A stretch of 12,243 bases of DNA, from positions 1 to 12,243 of the forward strand of contig JAYUVP010000356.1 of assembly GCA_043753995.1 (NCBI GenBank), written 5' to 3'. The notes under the pieces were generated by a model, which saw nothing but the letters and a program-made list of their open reading frames with translations, was not told where the DNA came from and made no database searches. Of this stretch, positions 1 to 7,217 are shown one piece after another (the stretch's first letter is position 1; each line of letters opens with the position of its first letter). The translations under genes and the position numbers were made by a program. Source of the stretch: Fibrobacterota bacterium. Lineage in GTDB: Bacteria > Fibrobacterota > Fibrobacteria > UBA11236.

Positions 1-64
1 GGAATTCCCAATCGGAACCCTCACGGGTTTGCGCGGCCTTGAGCACTTCGTCCAGGGTCAGCAT
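1..64 (-). CDS. 5' end of a gene running off the left edge (MLTLDEVLKAAQTREGSDWEF...), hypothetical
   Basis: Minus-strand ATG at 64 (alternative in-frame ATG at 70), GAGGGG RBS-like motif about 9 nt upstream, and an open frame to the window edge. Only 21 codons are visible. Confidence 0.5.
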   Translation of the reverse strand, partial: MLTLDEVLKAAQTREGSDWEF

Positions 65-134
65 GGTCATACGCCCCTCATATCACCTTGACCCCGGCAT
101 CGCATAAATCGAAAAGCAAGAAAATTCTTGGCCT

Positions 135-1100
135 CTATTCCCCAGGCAGCGGAAGAAGCCGCCGAGGCGAAGTGAATGCCAGCTCACATTGCGTGAAAGG
201 ATCCCGGAAACGCAGGCTCTTTGAAAGGAGCTGGAGTGGTCGGGCCGGATCGTCTGGGACTTCAGAAAGCAGATCCGGATAATAGGGATCATGAAGAATG
301 GCCGCCCCGATTTGGGAGACCTGTATTCGCAATTGGTGTCGCTTCCCGGTAGATGGATAAAGGGCGAGCGCGGCATAGCCTCCCGACCTTTTCAAAAGGC
401 TTACCCGGCAAAACGCATTGGGAAACCCCTCCGCCAAATCACGTCTTAAGGTGGGTCCATCTTTTTCGATGCGGGCCTGCAACTCCCAGGAATTTTCCGC
501 GGTCGGCCCGTCTTCCGAAGGAGGTCCAGAAAGCCAGCGGACATTGGCCAGGTATTCCTTTTCCACTTGCCGTTCCTTGAATAAATCCTGGTAGCGCCCC
601 CGCTCGCTTTCATGGATGGACAACAAAACCAAGCCAGCCGTGTGCCGGTCTATTCTATGAATCGGAGAAAGCTCACGCAGACCCGTTTCCTCCATCAAAT
701 GGTAGAGGAGGCATTCCCTCACGAATTTTCCGCCCGGAACCACGGGCAAGAAATGCGGCTTGCAGGCAACGAGGATATGATCGTCCCGATAGAGTATCTG
801 ATGGGCATCCCCTATGTGCGGCTCAGCGGAAACTTCCCTGAAGTACCGAATTTCCATTCCGGGCTCAACCTTGGAGTGGGCGAATGCGGCGGCTCCATCG
901 CCGAAGCGAACTTTTCCCTACCCTATGCGACGCGTCCAAGTTTCCATCCCAATGTGCGGAAAGCGCTCGGAGAGGAAGTCGAGCAAGGTGACGCCTGACG
1001 AAATTTCGCGGGGCACAACTACAGAGGAAGCCCTGGGCGAGATACTGTTCAAGGGATTTGACCGCGTCGCATTCGGAGGTTTCGATTGAAGCTTTTGCAC
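135..1100 (-). pseudogene. RluA-family RNA pseudouridine synthase interrupted by one in-frame TAG at 918-920; the catalytic part (135-857) is intact
   Basis: ORFs 918-1100 and 135-857 are in the same frame and read continuously as ...TWTRRIG*GKVRFGDGAAAFAHSKVEPGMEIRYFREV. RluA motifs: KPHFLPV, HRIDRHTAGLVL (catalytic Asp), TGKRHQLRIQ, ILHDPYY. The N-terminal TLLDFLSERFPHI segment is typical of this subfamily. Confidence 0.85.
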
Positions 1101-1137
1101 CCGCGCGAAAGGTTGCGAAGGGCGCTCGCCGGAGAAT

Positions 1138-1794
1138 TCAATGCTTCCCGGTCGAGGCGTTATTCAGAAACCCATGCGCATGATGCTCCGCTGTTTCTAA
1201 CAGCAGGAGCATCAGGGGATGGCCTGGCTGTCGGAAGCCTTCCAACTTCCTATCGATAAGCAGCATGGACAGGCCGTGCAACATGGCCCAGTAGGATAGG
1301 GCTGAACGTTCCGGATCCTGTTTGAGGAAATGATCGTCCGCGATCGCTTTCGTAAAAATCCCCGCAAGGTCTCGGAAGACCTTTTCGCAGACCGGCATCA
1401 CATCCTGCTGGACCGGATCATGTGTCTCGTAGGGACCGAACAGGACCTTGAAAAACGGAGGGTTCTCCTCCGCCATTCCCAAGTAGGCTTGCGCGATATC
1501 GCGCAGTTGTTTGACGGGCTGCCGGGGATGTTTCGCAATCGCCTCCGCCATCGCTTTTTCCAGGCGGCGAAATCCGCCTTCCGCCAAAGCCGCCAGCAGC
1601 GCCTCCTTGTTCTCGAAGTGCCGGTAGGGTGCCCCCGAGCTCACTCCTGCCCGCAACGCCACTTCCCGAAGCGACAGATTCTCCTGGCCTGATTCGGCCA
1701 ACAGCTCCAGTGCCGCCTGCAAAAGCGCATTCCGTAAATCCCCATGGTGGTAGGGCTTGGCTTTGGATTTCGACGCCACTGATCTTTTAGGCAT
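1138..1794 (-). CDS. TetR/AcrR family transcriptional regulator with WHG-type C-terminal domain
   Basis: N-terminal YHHGDLRNALL and HTH LSLREVALRAGVSSGAPYRHFENKEALL; C-terminal YWAMLHGL (W..HG) motif. Confidence 0.95.
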   Translation of the reverse strand: MPKRSVASKSKAKPYHHGDLRNALLQAALELLAESGQENLSLREVALRAGVSSGAPYRHFENKEALLAALAEGGFRRLEKAMAEAIAKHPRQPVKQLRDIAQAYLGMAEENPPFFKVLFGPYETHDPVQQDVMPVCEKVFRDLAGIFTKAIADDHFLKQDPERSALSYWAMLHGLSMLLIDRKLEGFRQPGHPLMLLLLETAEHHAHGFLNNASTGKH

Positions 1795-1807
1795 GGGACG
1801 CCTCGAA

Positions 1808-1850
1808 TATGTAGACAGCGCTTACATACGATGTTAACATTGATTACATA
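1808..1850. promoter_or_regulatory. Two tandem palindromic operator sites (ATGT-N11-ACAT), probably bound by the adjacent TetR
   Basis: ATGTAGACAGCGCTTACAT (1809-1827) and ATGTTAACATTGATTACAT (1831-1849), 22 bp apart, in the AT-rich divergent intergenic region. Confidence 0.75.
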
Positions 1851-1912
1851 GCCTATCTATTCAGCGTACCACACCCACGGGATGCAAAAGTAGTCCCCCC
1901 TTGGAGGATAAA

Positions 1913-2899
1913 ATGAAGGAACGGACCGCATTCATCACAGGGGGAACGGGGTTTCTGGGAGCCCATCTGGTCGAATCCCTCCGCAATCTCCAGTGGCGCG
2001 TCGTCGCCCTGCATCGTCCCACTTCGGATACGTCCCGCCTCAAGGCCCTCGGAGTCGAATTGCGGTCAGGAGACCTCGACGACAAAGCCACCCTTATTCA
2101 AGCCATCCCGGCCGGGACCGATGCCGTCTTCCATGCTGCGGCCAAAGTTTCCTTCTGGTCGGGCGATCGAAAGCGCATGCATCAAGCCAATGTACAGGGT
2201 ACCCGCAACCTGGTCGACGCCTGCCTAGCCCGCGGAGTCGGCAAATTCATCCATACGTCTAGCGTGGCGGTTTACGGTTTACAGCCGGGCCGACGTGTCC
2301 ATGAGACGTTCCCCCATGAGGGAATCCGATCCAATATCCCATACCTGCGAACCAAGGCCGAAGCGGAAACCGAAGTTCAGCGGGGGATCGACCAGGGGCT
2401 CGACGCCGTGATTCTCCAACCAGCCAACATCCTTGGCCGCTATGATAGCCATAACTGGGGTCGCCTGTTCCGGATGATCCGGGACGGCAAGACCGGCGGA
2501 GCGCCGCAAGGGTCCGGCTCCTTCGTTCACGCCCAGGCTGCCGCCGAAGCCCACATTGCGGCCGTCGACCAAGGCCGCAAAGGCGCGCGATACATCCTGG
2601 CAACCACCGACGCGCCGTTCTTGGAACTTTTCCGCCATGCGGAAACCTTGCTGGGCCGCGTGCCTCGCCTCAAGCCGGCTCCTGCTGCGGTCGTCTCGGC
2701 GATTGGATGGATTTCCCAGGGGATTTCACTTTTCACCCGCCGAGCTCCTGACCTGACCCCGGATGTCGCGCGCATCATGAATAGCGAATGTCTCTACTCT
2801 GGAGCGGTGGCGCAGGCGGAGCTCGGACTGAAGCCCATGACTGTAGAGGATATGTTGCGCGACTGCCACGATTGGCTCAAACGCGATGGGCTGATATAG
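1913..2899 (+). CDS. NAD-dependent epimerase/dehydratase (extended SDR, dihydroflavonol-4-reductase/HpnA-like)
   Basis: Rossmann motif ITGGTGFLG, VFHAAA, HTSS and catalytic YLRTK (YxxxK). GGAGG at 1903-1907 favours ATG 1913 over TTG 1901. Confidence 0.93.
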   Translation: MKERTAFITGGTGFLGAHLVESLRNLQWRVVALHRPTSDTSRLKALGVELRSGDLDDKATLIQAIPAGTDAVFHAAAKVSFWSGDRKRMHQANVQGTRNLVDACLARGVGKFIHTSSVAVYGLQPGRRVHETFPHEGIRSNIPYLRTKAEAETEVQRGIDQGLDAVILQPANILGRYDSHNWGRLFRMIRDGKTGGAPQGSGSFVHAQAAAEAHIAAVDQGRKGARYILATTDAPFLELFRHAETLLGRVPRLKPAPAAVVSAIGWISQGISLFTRRAPDLTPDVARIMNSECLYSGAVAQAELGLKPMTVEDMLRDCHDWLKRDGLI

Positions 2900-2967
2900 G
2901 CGGCTAGGCCCGCGATGCTGTTTTCATCCCACTATTCCGCATGGGGGTGAACGATACCTCGCGAACC

Positions 2968-3399
2968 TCAAACCACCCACCTTGCCACCATCGCAGCACC
3001 CACCGCAGAAGCCCGACCCATTTGCCAAGCCACACCCGCCATGAGAGCGAGCGATGCCAAATTCACGCCCCGCAGCATGGCACTGAGGTTCGCGGATTTT
3101 CGCATGCGCGCGAGCAGGGGTAACGACGCCGCAACCAAGACAAAGGAAGGCAGAAAAATGCCTAGCGTCGCCAAAAGCCCGCCGGGAAAGCCTCCCAGCA
3201 CATAGCCGCTGCCATAAAGCACCGATCCGATTTTAAGGAAGTGCCAAAATAGGAGGGCCGCGCGATAGGGCAAGGCGAGCTCGAAACCCGGCGCGGCGAT
3301 GGCAAGCCCCGCAAGCTTAGTAGCACCGGCGTTACCTCGTCGCCACGGACCTTGATAGAACCAGGCGGCCATTCCACCGAGCAGCAACAAGGCGATTTC
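2968..3399 (-). pseudogene. chrA: Chromate ion transporter (CHR family) remnant: C-terminal half only, with internal deletion
   Basis: Recognisable segments EIALLLLGG, FLKIGSVLYGSGYVL, GIFLPSFVLV and LRGVNLASLALMAGV. The conserved TPGP-containing segment is absent. Upstream the frame loses similarity and meets TAA, so the N-terminal domain is missing. Confidence 0.85.
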
Positions 3400-3679
3400 G
3401 CGCAGGGGAAACCTCCAGAAACAAAACAGGAAAGGCCTGGAGTGAAAACTCCAAGCTTACTTCATTCCCAAATTGTCCGAGAAAAATTCAACGACCGCGA
3501 GCCTTGGCACCAAATACCAATCACCCCAAGACTCGCGGCCCGACCGTTACGCGGGTTGATGCTTTTCTTTAACGCAAAGGCAATGCCAGCGTGAGAATTC
3601 AGGATTGATCATTAAGGTATGGCGAAATTATGGGATTTTCAGGGAGGCAAGGCCGCTCCGCAAAGGCGGGTGAGGCAAA

Positions 3680-3703
3680 TCCAGTCTCAAGAATGAGACT
3701 GGA
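3680..3703 (-). terminator. Probable intrinsic terminator hairpin for the 3730-5052 gene
   Basis: Perfect 10-bp stem TCCAGTCTCA-agaa-TGAGACTGGA, 26 nt past the stop codon. Only a short U run (TTT) follows on the minus strand. Confidence 0.6.
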
Positions 3704-3729
3704 AATTCAGAAATGAGAATGAAACCGAC

Positions 3730-5052
3730 TTAGCGAAACATTTTGGGGATACGAGCGCGCGCTTTGCGCTCTAGCGACATAGGGCTGGGCATGATATTGG
3801 CCGTACGCTTTCCCAGGGGGATGCCGGGAATGTCCATGCCACCCATCATGAACTCTATGAATGCTGGGCATTGAACAAGATCACCATAGGTGGGTGCACT
3901 GGAGCCCGTGCTGGTGTCACTGGGCACCCTGCCTTCGGCTATGCCATTGCAGCTATAGGCGGGTTCGCTTGAGGTCGCACCTTCCGTCACGCAAGAGGTG
4001 TCTTTATAGGTGAATTTGGTGATGGCCTTGATGCCATTGTCGGTAAAACTCAAAGTCGCGGTTTCAGCACCGTTTTTAAATTCCGCTTCATTGCAGCTTT
4101 TAGCAGTTGCTGTGATAGGAGGCTGAGTAAAGCCCATCGCAATCATAGGACCAAAACAGATACCGAAAACCACATCATTGTGAATTTTGGTATTGCTAAA
4201 GGTGGTAATCCCAGAAACCTTGAATATATCGCGGACCATGAGGGTGATCGAGTCCGCTGGGCCCCAAAGGGAAGAATCCGTCACCATGGTCATGGGTGAC
4301 ATCGTCATGCCATTCCAATTCCATGCCGACATTTTATTGCCGGTGCTGCTGGTCAAGACGGTGGCATAATTGCCCAAGCTGTCAGTGTCTTCGGGATCCC
4401 ACATATACATGGTTTTCCCAGCAATCTTGTATTGCATTTCGGTGGTGTCGGGCAAATAGACGACCTTTCCACCTTTGCAAATCGGATTTTCCTTGCTTTC
4501 TACGTCAACGGCAAGGACGGTGCTGTCGTTGAATTCCAGCACATTCAAATTGGCGACGCTCGGGTCGACTTTATTCGACTTTCCGAATTCGGAAATCAAT
4601 TCCATAGAGAGTGCCAAAGGCGCTGAGGACGTACCGTCAATGGCCGTCATTTCACCGAAATGTCCCGCATGCGAAATGAGCAAATTGGCGTCGTTTGCCG
4701 CTGACTTTTTCGCCAAGGCTGGGGACGATCTTTCCTCGGGTTGGGCGACGCCTTTTTTGGTGAGATAAATCTTGTGATTGACTTTATTCTCGCCGCGAAA
4801 AAATCGACCTTGCGCATCGACCCGCAGATTCGCGGTCATTTGCTTTTTCTGTAGGGTCGGGAGAATGCCCGTGACATTGGAACTGAGTTCGAACTTTCCA
4901 TCGGCGTCGGTGACATCACCCAAGGAGGTGCCTTCTTGAATCACCAAGGCTCCTGCTACGGGATTGCCTTTATCGTCCTTAATGACTCCGTTCACGGCGG
5001 CTTGCAATAGTCCGGCAGCAGCCAGCATGGTTCCCATAAGAATTTTTTGCAT
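3730..5052 (-). CDS. Secreted hypothetical protein: signal peptide, carboxypeptidase-regulatory-like beta-sandwich and an unknown Cys-containing C-terminal domain
   Basis: ATG 5052 has an AAGGGG RBS and begins a signal peptide (MQKILMGTMLAAAGLLQA). VNGVIKDDKGNPVAGALV...TDADGKFEL matches the CarboxypepD_reg-like pattern. Six Cys lie in the C-terminal region. Confidence 0.8.
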   Translation of the reverse strand: MQKILMGTMLAAAGLLQAAVNGVIKDDKGNPVAGALVIQEGTSLGDVTDADGKFELSSNVTGILPTLQKKQMTANLRVDAQGRFFRGENKVNHKIYLTKKGVAQPEERSSPALAKKSAANDANLLISHAGHFGEMTAIDGTSSAPLALSMELISEFGKSNKVDPSVANLNVLEFNDSTVLAVDVESKENPICKGGKVVYLPDTTEMQYKIAGKTMYMWDPEDTDSLGNYATVLTSSTGNKMSAWNWNGMTMSPMTMVTDSSLWGPADSITLMVRDIFKVSGITTFSNTKIHNDVVFGICFGPMIAMGFTQPPITATAKSCNEAEFKNGAETATLSFTDNGIKAITKFTYKDTSCVTEGATSSEPAYSCNGIAEGRVPSDTSTGSSAPTYGDLVQCPAFIEFMMGGMDIPGIPLGKRTANIMPSPMSLERKARARIPKMFR

Positions 5053-5194
5053 GTATTCCCCTTGAATGACTTGGTGCCGGAATCGCATAGCAATCCGGGC
5101 CTTTGCCAAGGCATATTACCATTCCTGACTGTGCTCTCACAGGCTGAGAGCCGATCTTGATTCGGATAACAGTTGTCTTGATAAGGGTTTTGCC

Positions 5195-6061
5195 CTATTG
5201 GTTTTCGCATTCCTCGCCATAAAGCTCCCGCAATCTCTCGAAGACTAGGCCTGGCTTACCGCTGCCAATACGCTGTTTTTCGACTTTCACAATGGGCACC
5301 AAACCACGCACCGATGAGCTGAGCCATGCTTCGGAGAGATGGGCTAAGTCCTTGGGGAAAATGGCGACTTCGCGATGAGCCAGGCGATTACGGCGCAGAA
5401 GGCGCAATAGCACTTCGCGGGTAATGCCCGGCAAAATCCCAGTTTCAATGGGCGGGGTGAGTATCACTCCGTCGCGCACGCCGAAAAAACTGGCGGTGGA
5501 GAGCTCGGCGATTTCGCCTTGCGGCCCTAGCAAAATCGCTTCGTAGCAACCTTTGCGATCGGCTTCGGCCTTGGCAAAAATATTGGCGAGATAATTGGTC
5601 GACTTGATGCGCGGATCGAGTCCCGAAGCCGCCGCCTTGTTGACGCCCGATATCGCCACGCGCACGCCCTTGGCATACAGGCTTTCGTTGAGGCCGGTCA
5701 CGGGCATGACGGTGATGATGAGGGTGGGCTCGATTTTAGGATCGATGGCCAAGCCGCCGAGGTAACGCCCGCGTGTCAGGGTAATGCGCACGGCCGCATC
5801 ATCGAGTCGGCTTTTGCGGCAAAGCAAGGTGATGAGGCTGGTGAGCTTTTCGGCCGTAATCGGAATGCGTAGCTTCAGCCGGCGCGCTGAGCGTTCTAGG
5901 CGGCGCCAATGCAAGGAGAAGAATTGCGGTGCACCGCGCGTGGCCCGCAGGGTTTCGAAAAGTCCGTCGCCGAGCACGAGGCCGCGATCGAAAACGGAGA
6001 CCTGGGCTTTTTCGGCCGGGGTGATGCGGCCATTGACGTAGGCGTAGTGGGTTTGGGGCAT
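5195..6061 (-). CDS. Class IV PLP-dependent aminotransferase (IlvE/D-amino acid aminotransferase/PabC family)
   Basis: DRGLVLGDGLFET, HWRRLERSA, PLP-lysine IKSTNYL, GILPGITR and EAWLSSS motifs. Confidence 0.95.
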   Translation of the reverse strand: MPQTHYAYVNGRITPAEKAQVSVFDRGLVLGDGLFETLRATRGAPQFFSLHWRRLERSARRLKLRIPITAEKLTSLITLLCRKSRLDDAAVRITLTRGRYLGGLAIDPKIEPTLIITVMPVTGLNESLYAKGVRVAISGVNKAAASGLDPRIKSTNYLANIFAKAEADRKGCYEAILLGPQGEIAELSTASFFGVRDGVILTPPIETGILPGITREVLLRLLRRNRLAHREVAIFPKDLAHLSEAWLSSSVRGLVPIVKVEKQRIGSGKPGLVFERLRELYGEECENQ

Positions 6062-6118
6062 AGGTATAAGGTAGGACGGCGACGGTGGACCCGGTGCCAG
6101 GGTGGCTTTTTCAGCAGC

Positions 6119-7057
6119 CTATTCAGATGGGTGCGGCACCAATTCCTCGCCCTTGCGCACATACCAGTCCAAGATCGCCTGCCATGCCTCAATCGCATTT
6201 TCCACAGGGAGCAGCAAATCCACGTCTTCCGGATCGATAACGCCTTCTTCGCGCAAATAGTCGATGTCGATGGCCTTACGCCAGAATTCTCGGCCGACTA
6301 AAATCACGGGCACGGGCGCAAGGGTGCGCGTTTGAATCAGAGTCAAAGTCTCGAACAATTCGTCGAGGGTGCCATAGCCGCCGGGAAAAACCACCAAGGC
6401 CCGTGCGCGTTGCACGAAATGCATTTTGCGCATCGCGAAGTAGTGAAATTGAAAACACAATTCCGGCGTAATATAAGGATTGGGAAATTGCTCATGCGGC
6501 AATTGAATATTGAGGCCGACGCTTTGGGCGCCTTGATCGAAAGCCCCGCGATTGGCCGCTTCCATGATGCCGGGGCCACCACCGGTCATGATGACCAAGC
6601 GCTCTTCGGGATGGGCCTCAGCATGCAATGCCACTAAGCGCGCGAAAATGCGCGCCTCATCGTAGTAGCGGCTCTTGGCTAAGATCCTCTCGGCGACATG
6701 CAGGGCTTTTATGTGAATCGGATCGCCGTCGGCGGCCTTTTCTCGCGCGGCATCAAGGCGCCTTTGAGCAGCGGCGGGCTCGGGAATGCGCGTACTGCCG
6801 AAAACGACTATGGTGTGATCAACGCCATGGTTTTGCAAACAATGCTCGGCTTTGAAATAATCCAGCTGCAGGCGAATGCCACGCGAGGCCGGAGCATTGA
6901 GAAAGGCCGTATCCTTATCCGCTTGCAAATAGGTGGGGCTTGCGAGCAGACGGCGCAAACGCTCCGGAGCTTGCGGGTCGTCCTCGGCAGGCTTGGGCTG
7001 GGCGGCGGGAAGTGGATCGGTGCGCGTCGGCCCGGGAGCATTGGGTTTAGAAGCCAT
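6119..7057 (-). CDS. LOG family (TIGR00730-like Rossmann fold) nucleotide phosphoribohydrolase, long form; present start lies in the MITE TIR
   Basis: VFGSTR, TGGGPGIMEAANRGA, FHYFAMRKMHF and PGGYGTLDE motifs. ATG at 7057 has AAGGA 8 nt upstream. The ORF-track extension to 7195 is MITE sequence. Confidence 0.9.
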   Translation of the reverse strand: MASKPNAPGPTRTDPLPAAQPKPAEDDPQAPERLRRLLASPTYLQADKDTAFLNAPASRGIRLQLDYFKAEHCLQNHGVDHTIVVFGSTRIPEPAAAQRRLDAAREKAADGDPIHIKALHVAERILAKSRYYDEARIFARLVALHAEAHPEERLVIMTGGGPGIMEAANRGAFDQGAQSVGLNIQLPHEQFPNPYITPELCFQFHYFAMRKMHFVQRARALVVFPGGYGTLDELFETLTLIQTRTLAPVPVILVGREFWRKAIDIDYLREEGVIDPEDVDLLLPVENAIEAWQAILDWYVRKGEELVPHPSE

Positions 7058-7210
7058 CTCAAAAATCCTTCTGGAGTCGCCCGGCTGCAAGCTGAGCGCT
7101 ACTTTGTCGCCCTCCATCGCGATATTTCTGCCAATATCGCTGCTTCGGGCTTCGCGTAGCACTCGCTTTCGCTCGGGCTTGGTCCGACGAATCACTTTTG
7201 AGATGGCTTC
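7050..7210. mobile_element. Non-autonomous miniature inverted-repeat element (MITE), 161 bp, 15-bp perfect TIRs, TA target duplication
   Basis: TA-GAAGCCATCTCAAAA (7048-7064) and TTTTGAGATGGCTTC-TA (7196-7212) are exact reverse complements, with nested internal inverted repeats. Removing the element and one TA restores ATG CCT AAA CCC AAT in frame with LOG. Confidence 0.85.
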
Positions 7211-7217
7211 TAGGCAT
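7059..7217 (-). CDS. Putative 52-aa read-in peptide from the ancestral LOG start through the MITE (MPRSHLKSDSSDQARAKASATRSPKQRYWQKYRDGGRQSSAQLAAGRLQKDF)
   Basis: Translated by hand. ATG 7217 overlaps the upstream TGA (TGATG), and the frame is open until TGA 7061-7059. It is below the ORF-track length cutoff, and translation is only inferred. Confidence 0.45.
   Translation of the reverse strand: MPRSHLKSDSSDQARAKASATRSPKQRYWQKYRDGGRQSSAQLAAGRLQKDF

Noticed and set aside
1..70. AlbA_2/Schlafen-like call for the edge ORF (EGSDWEF)
   Set aside because: Only 21 codons are visible, and the next codon starts with C, so it is not the Lys expected in the EFK motif.
3644..3703. Loose resemblance to a c-di-GMP-I riboswitch (GGCAA...GCAA...GAGGCAAA)
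   Set aside because: Stem pairing is poor and there is no downstream plus-strand gene. The adjacent hairpin is better explained as a terminator.
5053..5194. Hairpins upstream of the secreted-protein gene (GCTCTCA/TGAGAGC; CCGGA/TCCGG) as a riboswitch, and TTG 5109 as the start
   Set aside because: The stems are short and match no known aptamer. ATG 5052 has the RBS and begins the signal peptide.
135..6121. Genome-wide TAG reassignment as the explanation for the RluA amber codon
   Set aside because: RluA (135), the SDR (2899), the aminotransferase (5195) and LOG (6119) all end at TAG at family-appropriate positions.
7058..7195. 46-aa N-terminal extension of LOG in the ORF track
   Set aside because: It lies entirely within the MITE. 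ATG 7057 has an RBS and matches the reconstructed ancestral N-terminus.
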